From Octopus sinensis (Eukaryota): DNA of 64,000 nt. Position numbers and translations under genes: made by a program. The notes below the pieces were generated by a model, which saw only the letters and a list, made by a program, of their open reading frames with translations, did not search any database and was not told where the DNA came from. The DNA is taken from assembly GCF_006345805.1 (NCBI RefSeq), contig NC_043009.1, forward strand, positions 36,704,001 to 36,768,000, written 5' to 3'. Of this stretch, positions 25,639-38,250 are shown in pieces (the first letter of the stretch is position 1; the number at the start of each line of letters is the position of its first letter).

Positions 25639-26606
25639 GCACACATACATATCCATATATACTAGATTTACAAACACACATATGCACATATACATATGCG
25701 TGTGTGTGTGTATAAATGCTGACATCTATTCACTTACGCAAACGTATACATATGTATTTACACGTATACAGTCTATATACATACATATTAACATATATAC
25801 ATGCAAACAGCAGGAGACCTTGAATTATTAAGTATGATTACATTAAGTATTGTATTTGATATTGTGAATGTGTGTGTGTGTGTGTGTGTGTTTTTCCGCC
25901 TTTAAGCTTGAGTGTATATGCGCGTTTGTGTGTGTATATATTTGTAGATGTCTACGCATGTGTGTGTGTCTGTGTCTGCATAAGCGTTTAGGTATAAGTG
26001 TACTGTATCTAGCCTTCTTCAACCTAGTTATTATTGCTGCTAATCGCTGCTTACTGGATCTACGATGTGTGACGTCATCTCAGTTGTCGATTTACAACTG
26101 TTCTTAGTGATTTTTACTACTGTTCTTAGTGATAACGATGATGATGATGATGATGATGATGACGGTAGTGGTGGTGATGGTGGTGATGGTGGTGATGATG
26201 ATGATGGTGATGGTGTTGTTGATACGTCTTTCTTGTGTTGTTGCTGTAGTGTATGTAGTGCAGTTCTGATCCCACAAATGAAGTCGACCCATGTTCCCCG
26301 TATTTATGAGGGATAACGATTGCATTCAGTGACTGAACTGTTTACAGTGTTCGAGGTTAAATAAGGGTGTGGAAAGATCGGTTGGTTAGAAATCGGAAGG
26401 CATGGGTGAAAAGGTGGATCCATTTGGTATGTTGTTCAGAGCAAACATTAGGTTTTGGTGTCATCATCAGAAGAGACAGACAAAAGTGGACATTTTAATG
26501 ACGTTTGGTGGTACAGAACTTCATTTGAGAGGACTCCGTTTAGAAACCATGGGGTCAATGATGCTGTGACCAATTCTTTACAACGCAGTTCGTGAGATGG
26601 TTGTGA

Positions 26607-26811
26607 GAGCTGGCAGAAACGTTAGCACGCCGGGCGAAATGCTTAGCGGTATTTCGTCTGTCGTTACGTTCTGAGTTCAAATTCCGCCGAGGTCGACTTT
26701 ACCTTTCATCCTTTCGGGGTCGATAAATAAAGTACCAGTATCGCACTGGGGTCGATGTAATCGACTTAATCCGTTTGTCTGTCCTTGTTTGTCCCCTCTA
26801 TGTTTAGCCCC
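26607..26811 (+). mobile_element. SINE family B flanked by a 114-bp direct duplication
   Basis: The body matches 1540-1745. Flanks 26493-26606 and 26812-26925 are about 96% identical by eye (around 4 differences). Confidence 0.85.
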
Positions 26812-26899
26812 TTTTAATGGTGTTTGGTGTTACAGAACTTCATTTGAGAGGACTCCGTTTAGAAACAATGGGGTCAATGATGCTGTGACCAATTCTTTA

Positions 26900-27120
26900 C
26901 AACGCAGTTCGTGAGATGGTTGTGATCTGTAAACAGTTTTGAGTAGGAACCGGAAAAAGAAGAATGAGCACGCAATGCGCATGTGCACACTGAATTCGTA
27001 AAACGGGAGAGAGACAAAAAAACCGCAATGTGTATGTCAAAATAAAACGGAAGAGAAGAATAAAAACGCAATGTCAAGTTATATGATGGTCTGCATGCCA
27101 CGTCTGATACCGCTATCACG
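26900..27120 (+). repeat. Unclassified interspersed repeat
   Basis: The reverse complement aligns with 47175-47385 (gaatgagcacgcaatgcgcat.tgcacactgaattcgtaaaac). Confidence 0.7.
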
Positions 27121-27223
27121 TAGCTTAGGCTTTGTTATTTTAGTTTTTATCGATTGAGAAGCAGAAACAGAGTTATTCAGATGACATTCTAGTGACTAGA
27201 TACTAAGTATCGGGTTCATGTTT

Positions 27224-27298
27224 TTCTGTACAAAGGTTTACGTCTTAGAACACGACTAGAATCTAGTCGTGTTCTAAGACGTAAACCTTTGTACAGAA
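27224..27298. repeat. Perfect 75-bp palindrome (37-bp arms, 1-nt centre)
   Basis: Base-by-base pairing of 27224-27260 with 27262-27298 shows no mismatch. Confidence 0.95.
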
Positions 27299-27567
27299 GA
27301 AGCGGTAAACTCAGGATATCAGCCCTCAAACATAGGTGAATCATCGCTGAATAAAACAGTTGAAATTGTAATTGATACCTGTGGTAACCTCTCCTATTTT
27401 ACAGCATTGGATATCAGAACTGCATTTTGAGATCTCTTCAGCACTGAACAACAACATCACTGGATATCAGAGCTCTGTTTGGCAGAAAAATAGTTGTTCT
27501 TTCGTTATCTGAAACTTTTACATTTATTTTGAAATAAACATTATTCAAGTATGTTCATGTTATAATA

Positions 27568-28027
27568 CAGTAAACTTCTCCTATCCGGCACCGCTAAGAA
27601 TGGAGGGTTGCCGGATAACTGAATTTTTGCGATATCTGATTATTACTTTCTAAATAACAACATCTTACAAAACTCATTAAAATTCTTTCTATATATATTG
27701 GTATTATCATTAATATTCTGAATACAAAAAAATGAAAGAAATAGGAATAAATAGAAATATAATTTAAGTAAAGAAGTTTTATTTACCTAATCCTATAAAT
27801 GCTAATAGAATAAGTGTGGTAAAATAAAGTACTGTACTGTACTTTGAGAAGCAATAATCCATTTTAGATACAGTAAAATATATTTTTTCATGGCAATTAT
27901 TTAACTCAAATTTACTTCTTTTTTCTTGACTCTCATTAATAGCACATATTCTTTTGCTTTTCCTCCTGAATACCGGTTGCTCGAGAGGTCGGTTATTCAA
28001 GAACCAGATAAGAGAGAGTTTATGTCT
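27568..28027. mobile_element. Possible decayed pogo/Tigger-like MITE
   Basis: The left end TA-cagtaaacttctcctatccgg weakly matches the reverse complement of the right end (ccagataagagagagtttatgtc-TA). The interior is AT-rich. Confidence 0.35.
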
Positions 28028-28169
28028 ATTGTGTAAAAATAAGATTCCGATTTATGATAACTGATTTATTACAATGGTTTTACTTTTACTGTTTCTTCTT
28101 GTTTATTTTAGGTTGTCAAATTAAAAATGTGAAAATGTAAATTCAATCGATTTTACTGTTGAAGTTCAA

Positions 28170-29130
28170 AAAGGAGTGGAAAGTAAGTTAACCTACTTGT
28201 AACATCAACCAAGCAATTAGCCATGGAATTGTTAGAGTAGGTAAATCTCAGTATTAGTTCTAAAATATGTCTAGTGGTGATGAGAAACTTTAAAATGAGA
28301 AAGGTCAAAGATGATCTTCCGCGATTAATAATGACCAGTCCAGTTGAAGGCCATTGTCGAGGTGAATCTAATTAAAACAACTGGAGAGGTTGTAAAGAAT
28401 TAAATGCTGACTGTTTCACAGTAATTTGAGATATTCTACCATACTGGACAGCCATAAAAGCTCGACAAATTGTTGCTTTATAAACTGAACGGGGAAAAAA
28501 GATCGCCGTTACGAAGTCTGCTTCGGTCTTCCTTTGAGTAGGGCGAAACTTAGCACGCCGGGCGAAATACTTAGCGGCATTTCGTCTGCCTTTACGGTCT
28601 GAGTTCAAATTCCGCCGAGGTCGACTTTGCCTTTCATCCTTTCGGGGTCGATAAATTAAGTACCAGTTGCGTACTGGGGTCGATCTAATCGACTGGCCCC
28701 TTCCCCCAACATTTTGGGCCTTGTGCCTAGAGGAGAAAAGAATAAATCTATCCATTTCTTGATCACACAGTGACATGTAATGGAAAATGGATTCTACATC
28801 GCATTTGACGGTCGCTGGAACTAGGTAAAACACTAAAACATTTTCCGATGCTGAAGCTGCATCAAAGGAAGGTTATAATCATTATTTTACGAGTGGAATC
28901 ATCCGTCGCTATTTTTTGGATACCGGAGAAACCACAACAGCAGGAATATATTGTCAGGAAATCGATAAAATGCACTGCTGTGTTAATGTCCAATGCTGGT
29001 CATTCAAAGAGGAAAAATTCTTCTTCATGCTAATGCCCGACCACAAATAAATTCATGAATTGAACAAATTGGACCACAAAACTCTACTACGCCCTCTTTC
29101 TCTTCCACAAACCATCTCGATAGGGCTTTT
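28170..29130 (+). pseudogene. Highly decayed mariner transposase, interrupted by a SINE
   Basis: Fragments read NINQAISHG...SGDEKL...NNDQ/LKAIVEVNLIKTTGEV (HTH region) and LHQRKV...GII...GETTTAGIYCQEIDKMH...LHANARP (catalytic region). Confidence 0.7.
28540..28745 (+). mobile_element. SINE family B inserted in the old mariner
   Basis: Matches 1550-1700. Confidence 0.85.
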
Positions 29131-29154
29131 AGAAACATTGTCTTTAGAAATGCA

Positions 29155-29612
29155 TTCTTTTATTCTTTTATTTGTTTCAGTCATTTTTGACTGCGGCCAT
29201 GTTGGAGCACCGCCTTTAGTCGAACAAATCAACTCCAGGACTTATTCTTTGTAAGCGTAGTACGTATTCTATCGGTCTCTTTAGCCGAACTGCTAGGTTA
29301 CGAGGACGTAAGCACATCACCATCGGTTGTCAAGCGATGGTGGTGGTGGGGGGGACAATTATAGACACACAGACACACACACAGACACACAGACACACAC
29401 ACAAACACACACACACACATGCACACACACACACACTCATACACACACACACATATACGACAGGCTTCTTTCAGTTTTCGTCTTACAAAGGCTTTGGTCC
29501 GCCCGAGGCTATAGCAGAAGACACTTGCCCAAGGTACCACGCAGCGGGACTGAGCCCGGAAGCACGTGGTTTGTAAGCAAGCTACTGACCACACAGCCAC
29601 TCCTGCGCTTAT
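29155..29612 (-). mobile_element. SINE family A
   Basis: Reverse complement of the consensus. Confidence 0.85.
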
Positions 29613-31168
29613 ACATTTTCTTTTATACGGAAGCCATTTTTATTGTTACTTGTAGTTGAAAATACATTCAGACACCGCAGGAAGAGGGGCTCCCCACTGT
29701 GATTGCTGCAGTATTTTAAGACAAGAAAACTGACTAAAAAGTAGTTTATAAGAAATTAAACACAGCTTCATGTATAAACGGCACAAGGGATAATTTATTA
29801 ATATTGAAAAAAAAATTAATGGAAAACGAGACTACAAACAATATGAACAACAACAGCATGTCATCTTTTGTTAACTCTGAGAGTCATAAAGAGTTCTTTG
29901 AAATGATCGGACTCAAGTAAACGATGAATGTGTCGAGCGAATATTTTGAGAAAGACTGTGTCATCTTGATAAGGAATTTATTCAAGAAAATCCGAGGAGT
30001 AAATAACTTAACTGTTTGTTGCAAAAACACGGTGTTTCCATGTTCTCGATGTATAGTTGGAGGGAACTACGACTGTCGTGTGAAACGAGATGTGCTCCTT
30101 CGACAAGGATAGAGGATATAGAAGCATGTGTCTGTTGCGTAAGACCAAGGATGAAACTATAGAAAACAGAGATAGCTGATCCATTACATACCTGCCAACG
30201 GTTAGGTGTTGTTGTCTATAGTGATGGAGAGGAAGATAACAATAATAGTCAGTTGCATTGGCAATGATGTTGCCTTTTAGTTCATTGTCATACTTACGAC
30301 CCTTTCAGGTCAAATGATGAGCGTAGGGGGGGACCTGTAACAATATGTTTGCGAGTGGGCCTGCACAGATCTTTAGCTTTTGATATACCCAAAGATTACA
30401 GGGCTGCCCTGGATTCAAATGAGGCAGTAACAAGGAGCTGAGTCCGAAATGTAGTGCAGGGCCGAAAATCCAGCAGTTAAACAAGGAACGTTCGAAGGCC
30501 TTCTGCCCAGAAAAAGAAAAGCGAAGAAGTGGGTGGCTGACAGCGGCTGGGATGACGACAACAGTCAGATAGGCATGGTCTTCGGCAGCCACGGACTTCT
30601 GAGGTGAAGATATGGATGCTGCTACTGCTACTGTTTTTCCTATAGTAGCAGCGGTCGCAGCTCTGTGGATAGATAGAGCAGGAAAGTAAACGAAGACGCC
30701 TCACCCTTAGCACCAGCGGCACCAGAGGCATGGGGTGGAGAACCAAGACACCGAGGGAATCCCCTCTTTCAATATAGATTAAGGGCTTTAAGTCCTGCCC
30801 AACCTAGTTGTAGCAAGGTAAAAGAGATGAAAAGTAAAGGTGGAAACCGTGGAGAATATAACAATGGAAAAAAGGAGCAAAAAATAAGAATGAACTAAAA
30901 ATAATAGGCAAAAAGTCCCTCACTACGAGGCGTCTACCCGCTGGAAGTCCTTTACAAAGAGGTGTCTATCTCTATGAAATTTCCTCATTATGAGCCATCT
31001 ATCCATCTGGAAGTCCCCTTATCATCAGGAGAAGTAGTGTGTCGGCAGCTTAGGAATTACTCTCCTGAAAATGTAGGACTGACCATGTTTCGATTAAGGC
31101 TCCACGCTTTGTAGCCTTTCAGTATAACACATTTTAGTATGGGGGTCTTGAGACTACTACTAATAAAA

Positions 31169-31283
<115 letters not shown>

Positions 31284-31301
31284 CGCCACCACCACCACCA
31301 A

Positions 31302-31339
<38 letters not shown>

Positions 31340-31552
31340 TTGCTTTTCTATTTAATCCTCTTATCCATTTTCAATGTCAACTGTATAGTGCTTAGCTGAT
31401 GATATCAGGTCGTTTTTGTAATCCGTGAATGGAGCAAACCACTATGAGAGAAGGTGAGACAGGACAGAGGTAATATTTAATGGATTTGAATGCGATGGGG
31501 CGGAAGAGATGGTGAGAAAGATAGCTAGGTAGAAAGATAGAATATATATATG

Positions 31553-31641
<89 letters not shown>

Positions 31642-31682
31642 TATTATATGTTATATATTCATATATATATATATATATTTTC

Positions 31683-31718
<36 letters not shown>

Positions 31719-32079
31719 TTCTATATATATATATATACACATACTATATATACATATATATATAAACATATTATATTTATATATATATATATGTATATGT
31801 ATATATATATGTATATGTATATATATGTATATATATATGAATATATATATATAATATATTTATTTATATATAGAAGGAGCTTCTAACAGGACTAGTACTG
31901 TTTCATTCATAGAAATCTTCATATATGTATATATCTACACACACTACATACATGCATACATCTATATGTATATATATATATCTATCTATCTATATCTATG
32001 TATATATTATATATAGTATTATATATATATATATATAATATATATATAATGCATACATACACATATATAGAGAGAGAGG

Positions 32080-32133
<54 letters not shown>

Positions 32134-32315
32134 GGAAAGTTTGAACTGTTGCAATAGAAACGCATTACAGAAGTGACTTTGCAATTCTTACTCGATATTG
32201 CTATTTCGTGTGGTCAGTTGTAGCAACGTGGTTAGGAAGAAGACCAACCACCAGCATCAATACCAGATCTTACTGAGAGGAAAAGTAGAGTTTAATGTGA
32301 TGCACTATGTAACGG

Positions 32316-32874
32316 GCGAGCATTTTAGTGGTATGGAATGTTATAGACGGCAGGAAAACACTGTAGCAGACGAGTATTTTAGTGGTATGGAATGTTATAG
32401 ACGGCAGGAAAACACTGTAGCCGACGAGTATTTTAGTGGTATGGAATGTTATAGACGCAGGAAACACTGTAGCAGACGAGTATTGTTTAGTGGTATGGAA
32501 TGTTATAGACGGCAGGAAAACACTGTAGCAGACGATATTTTAGTGGTATGGATGTTATAGACGGCAGGAAAACACTGTAGCAGACGAGTATTTAGAGTGG
32601 TATGGAATGTTATAGACGGCAGGAAAACACTGTAGCAGACGAGTATTTTAGTGGTATGGAATGTTATAGACGGCAGGAAAACACTGTAGCAGACGAGTAT
32701 TTTAGTGGTATGGAATGTTATAGACGGCAGGAAAACACTGTAGCAGACGAGTATTTTAGTGGTATGGAATGTTATAGACGGCAGGAAAACACTGTAGCAG
32801 ACGAGTATTTTAGTGGTATGGAATGTTATAGACGGCAGGAAAACACTGTAGCAGACGAGTATTTTAGTGGTATG
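32316..32874. repeat. 54-bp minisatellite, about 10 units
   Basis: Unit ttttagtggtatggaatgttatagacggcaggaaaacactgtagcagacgagta. There are no spacers, and units differ only by small indels. Confidence 0.95.
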
Positions 32875-32999
32875 CAGTGTTGTGCCTGAAAGGTTTCAAT
32901 GTAGAGGGTGGTGTTTCAATATTGAACCACAACCGACAAGAATACTTCTAGATGGTTTCTTGTACTGCTAGAAATAACAACCAAATGTCCTTTAAATTA

Positions 33000-33200
33000 G
33001 TTTCAAAATTTGGCACAAGGCCAGTGAGTTCGGAGGAGAGGTTAAATCGATTACATCGACTCCTATGCTCAACATGTACTTATTTTATCGATCCCGGAGG
33101 GTGAGAAGCACAGTCAAGCTTTGAACTCAAAACGTAAAGATGGACAAAATGCCGCTAAACATTTTCCCCTGTAACGATTCTGCCAGCTCGCCGCCTTAAA
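33000..33200 (-). mobile_element. Degenerate SINE family B
   Basis: The reverse complement matches family B (aggcggcgagctggcagaa head at about 33195). Confidence 0.65.
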
Positions 33201-33348
33201 ATGTTCTTTAGATTAAGCTATACACTATCACTGAAAAGAAGGGAAGGGAATATCCGATAATCTGGTTCTAGACATGTGGCGGTTTAATCATGGCTGAAAT
33301 ATCTTTGATCATACAATTTTCTCGGTTGCTTTGCAGCTAAACATCATC

Positions 33349-33421
<73 letters not shown>

Positions 33422-33442
33422 CCATCATCATCGTCGCCGTCG

Positions 33443-33473
<31 letters not shown>

Positions 33474-33582
33474 CATCCTCATCATCATCAACAACAACAA
33501 CAACAACAGCAGCAGCAGCAGCAGCAGCAACAACAACAACAGCAACAACAACAACAACAACAACAACACCAGCAGCAGCAGC

Positions 33583-33640
<58 letters not shown>

Positions 33641-33799
33641 TCAACAATAACAGCAACAACTAATCTAGACGAGCCCAATGTCTAAACGAAGACGGCCATT
33701 TGTGGTAGAAATCGTTTCTGTGGCTTTTCTTCCCACGGAAACTACCGTTGTTAACAATTTGTTAACGATTCTAATCCAGCTGGTTTTTTTGTTCTTAGA

Positions 33800-34155
33800 C
33801 GTGGCTGTGTGGTAAGAATCTTGCTTCTCAACTCTATCGTTCCGCCATCAGCCCCACTGCGTGGTACCTTGGGCAAGTGTCTTCTGCCATACCCTCGGGC
33901 CGTTGGTTAATGGAACTGAAAGAAGCCCATCGTGTGTGTGTGTGTATACACATATATATATGAATATATTTATGTGTGTGTCTTTGTCTCACCACCGCTT
34001 GATGACCGGTGTTGTTGTGTTTACGTCCCCGTAACGTAGCAGTGCGGCAAAAGAGGATGATAGAATAAGCACTAGGCTTAAAAAATGAGGTTCTGGGATC
34101 GATTCGTTCGATTGGTGCCCCAGTATGGCTGCACTGAAACAAGTAAAAGATAAAA
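33800..34155 (+). mobile_element. Degenerate SINE family A
   Basis: Aligns to 3027-3433. Confidence 0.75.
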
Positions 34156-34807
34156 GATGAAAGATAAGCTGGAAGAACATATTTGATGATGTAGTCTTAG
34201 AAAGATGTAGTCGACAGAAGCGAAAAAGACGCCAAGATCACGTTGGAATATATCTGGGGGACCCAAACACTGAAGAACTTCAGAGTATCAGTTGGCCTTT
34301 TCTCACCCACCATTTTCTTTGATGTAAAAATTATGGTAAGAATCACAACAAGCAAGAGAAACAACAAGTGTTGTACCCGGAAACGGATATGTAACATAAA
34401 TGAGGCAAAAAGAAAGAAGGAAAAGGAAGAAGAAAAAGAGAAAGACAAAAAGAAATAACATCGTAGAATAACATTATGAAAAAAAATCAACCGCAAAAAT
34501 ACCACCATAGTTACCATCACCACCATCGCTACCACCACTACCGACGTCGCCGCTCCCCACTCTGCCACCATTATCTGGAGCATATCCGTTTTAATATTGG
34601 TTTCTTAACTAAAGTGCACCAATTACTTGCCAGAGGTCGCTATAATCTGCAGTTGTCTCCCTTTGTGACCGAGGGCCGATGTAATAAGACATTTGTTTTT
34701 TTCCCTGTGGAAATATATTTCTGTGGAAAGAGGCCAAGCAATAATATTGACACTAGTACACCACTGGTACCTCTTTAATCGACCTTAGAAAGATGAAAAG
34801 CAAAGTT

Positions 34808-35214
34808 GGATCTTTTCGGTTTGAACGGCAGTTTTTAAAAATAATTTTCACGTAACTAAACGCTTTAAAACTTCGTATACTGGTAGAATGTGTTTATAAA
34901 ACATCTTTTTCTCTTGGCTTTATTGAGAAAATTCTATAGTTTGTAAGGTATTTGTTTTTTTTTTTCTTCAATTTCTGCAATTTCAACCAATCACTGACGT
35001 CTATTGAGGTAAAAAAAACATTCTGTGCCGTATGAATATGTCGCACGTTTAAGAAACAGATTGGGTTTACTTACATTTGTGAAGAAAAAAAGATACCCTT
35101 CCCCCCACCCCTAATCCTAACCCTAAAACAGATTGAAATACTAGGGTCATAATTATGGGTGACAATTTCATATGACACCGCTAGAAAAAACTGCCGTTCA
35201 AACCGAAAAGATCC
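34808..35214. mobile_element. MITE, 407 bp, with 29-bp TIRs and 8-bp TSD
   Basis: TIR GGATCTTTTCGGTTTGAACGGCAGTTTTT at both ends. TSD GCAAAGTT at 34800-34807 and 35215-35222. It is inserted in a family B SINE remnant. Confidence 0.92.
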
Positions 35215-35652
35215 GCAAAGTTGAATTTGGGAGGAGTTAAACAATAATATTGGCTGTCACGGTCAATATTATCTGCCGCTTTTTATCCATTGTGATATCG
35301 GCTTTTTATGTCGATCTCAATTCTTTGTTTTAGGAACAGATAAAAAAGCCTCCAACATATGCACCACACTATACATAAACAAGCTGAATATAGAAGGTCG
35401 TAAGCAAATACCACTAGGTATTTTGTCCAAACGCTTCGTCCAATCCACCGCCATATTGAATGATAAAGTTACAACGAAAAAGAAAAAAAAAGAAAACTAA
35501 TAAAAAAAACTGAAGAAAAATAAAATAGAATTAAGAAAAAAAAAACATCGCCAAAGCGCTCCACCACCCTACCACACTAATTAATCCATTAACACAGTAT
35601 CACAGCATTTCGACAGAACTGTTAAAAGAGCAAAGTCACGGTACTACTACTT

Positions 35653-35697
<45 letters not shown>

Positions 35698-35979
35698 AAT
35701 AATGACAATGGTGGTGGTGGTAGTAATGGAGATTGATGCGGTTGTGTTTATGGTAATAGTTGTACGTGTGGTGGTACGAGCTGGGAAGGTTTAAAGCCAA
35801 GCGGTTTTCATGTCCCAATGCACGCTCCCCACATACATACATACATACATACATACATACATACATACATACATACATACATACACACACACATACATGT
35901 TTACATGCATACATACATGCATTCATTCATGCATACATACATACAACATACGCGCGCGTACGCATGTCAAGTGAAAGGC

Positions 35980-36303
35980 ATGGTTTTATGGTTTTGTGGT
36001 TTAGAAATTCGCACCGCTGCCAGATGATTTTGGGTTCGATCACTCTGAGTAGCCACATTGGGAAAACAGTTTCTTCTTCTTCTTCTTCTTCTTCTTCTTC
36101 TTCTTCTAGTAGTAGTCGCAACAGCAGCAGCAGCAGCAGCAGAAGAAGAAGAAGAAGAAGAAGAAGAAGAAGAAGAAGAAGAAGAAGAAGAAGAAGAAGA
36201 AGAAGAAGAAGAAACTGTTTCCCAATGTGGCTGCTCAGAGTGATCGAACCCAAAATCATCTGGCAGCGGTGCGAATTTCTGAACCACAAAACCATAAAAC
36301 CAT
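35980..36303. repeat. Fold-back inverted duplication of a degenerate SINE head plus (TTC)n/(GAA)n
   Basis: 35980-36071 is the near-perfect reverse complement of 36210-36303, and the pairing extends through the TTC/GAA tracts. Confidence 0.9.
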
Positions 36304-36307
36304 ATAC

Positions 36308-36399
<92 letters not shown>

Positions 36400-36400
36400 G

Positions 36401-36469
<69 letters not shown>

Positions 36470-36472
36470 ATG

Positions 36473-36549
<77 letters not shown>

Positions 36550-37760
36550 CATCATCATCATCATCATCATTTAGCGTCCGCTTTCCATGCTAGCATGGGT
36601 TGGACGGGTCAACTGGGGTCTGTGAAGCTGGAAGGCTTCGTCAGGGCCAGTCAGATCTGGCAGTGTTTCTACGGCTGGATGCCCTTCCTAACGCCAACCA
36701 CTCCGCGAGTGTAGTGGGTGCTTTTTACGTGCCACCTGCACAGGTGCCAGACAGAGCTGGCGAACGGCCACGAACGGATGGTGCTTTTACGTGTCACCGG
36801 CACGGGGCCAGGCGATGCTGGCAACGGACACGAACGGATGGTGCTTTTACGTGCCACCGACACGGGGCCAGACAGAGCTGGCAAACGGCCACGAACGGAT
36901 GGTGCTTTTACGTGTCACCGGCACGGGGGCCAGCCGAGGCTGGCAACGAACACGAACGGATGGTGCTTTTACGTGCCACCGACACGGGGCCAGACAGAGC
37001 TGGCAAACGGCCACGAACGGACGGTGCTTTTACGTGTCACCGGCACGGGGGCCAGCCGAGGCTGGCAACGAACACGAACAGATGGTGCTTTTACGTGCCA
37101 CCGACACGGGGCCAGACAGAGCTGGCAAACGGCCACGAACGGACGGTGCTTTTACGTGTCACCGGCACGGGGGCCAGCCGAGGCTGGCAACGGACACGAA
37201 CGGATGGTGCTTTTACGTGCCACCGACACGGGGCCAGACAGAGCTGGCAAACGGCCACGAACGGACGGTGCTTTTACGTGTCACCGGCACGGGGCCAGGC
37301 GAGGCTGGCAACGAACACGAACGGATGGTGCTTTTACGTGCCACCGACACGGGGCCAGACAGAGCTGGCAAACGGCCACGAGCGAATGGTGCTTTTACGT
37401 GTCACCGACACGGGGGCCAGACGAGGCTGACAGCGGACACGAACGGATGGGTCACTTAACCCCTGTTTTCTGATATATGATTTGATTTTGATTGTTCTCA
37501 CTGGTCTTGCCGGGTCTTCTGACGCATAGCATACTTCCATAGGTCTCGGTCTCTGGTCATTTCCTTGGTGAGACCTAGAGTTCGAAGGTCGTGCTTCACC
37601 ACCTCGACCCAGGTTTTCCTGGGTCTACCTCTTCCACAGGTCCCTCAACTGCCAGGGTGTGGCACTTTTTCACACACCTATCTTCATCCATTCTCGCACA
37701 TGACCATACCAGCGCAATCGTCTCTCTTGCACACAACATCTGATGCCTCTTAGGTCCAAC
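36550..37760 (-). mobile_element. 5'-truncated RTE-clade LINE (ORF2 C-terminus + 3' UTR with internal minisatellite + (TGA)n tail), copy 1
   Basis: Minus strand 37760-37498 encodes ERRLRWYGHV/RMDEDRCVKKC...GRGRPRKTWVEVVKHDLRTLGLTKEMTRDRDLWK with two frameshifts. Twelve ~60-bp units span 36718-37449. Confidence 0.9.
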
Positions 37761-37983
37761 TTATATATATATATATATAGCTATATATTTATACATATGT
37801 AAATATACATCTATCTATCTGTCTGTCTATCTATCTATCTTGCACACAACTCATCTATTTTCTTCCTAAATTCATATTAACAACGGCAATTTCATCACTG
37901 AACTTTTCATAATTATTATGAAGGCATTTTCTGTGAATTCCTGTGAAATACAGGCACACGCACACACACACACACACACACAC

Positions 37984-38034
<51 letters not shown>

Positions 38035-38111
38035 GCACGGATATATATACTCACATATTCATCCATGTATATATATATATGTATATATATATATATGTAT
38101 ATATAAGTATA

Positions 38112-38239
<128 letters not shown>

Positions 38240-38250
38240 TATATATATAT

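Noticed and set aside
30305-31120. GC-richer non-repetitive stretch with 89-95-aa ORFs
   Set aside because: It has only a faint resemblance to a retroelement ORF1 (FNCWIFG) and no complete motif or splice evidence. It cannot be assigned.
32316-32874. CRISPR-like appearance or repeat-protein ORF
   Set aside because: The units are contiguous with no unique spacers, the context is eukaryotic, and there are no cas genes. The open frame follows from the 54-bp period.
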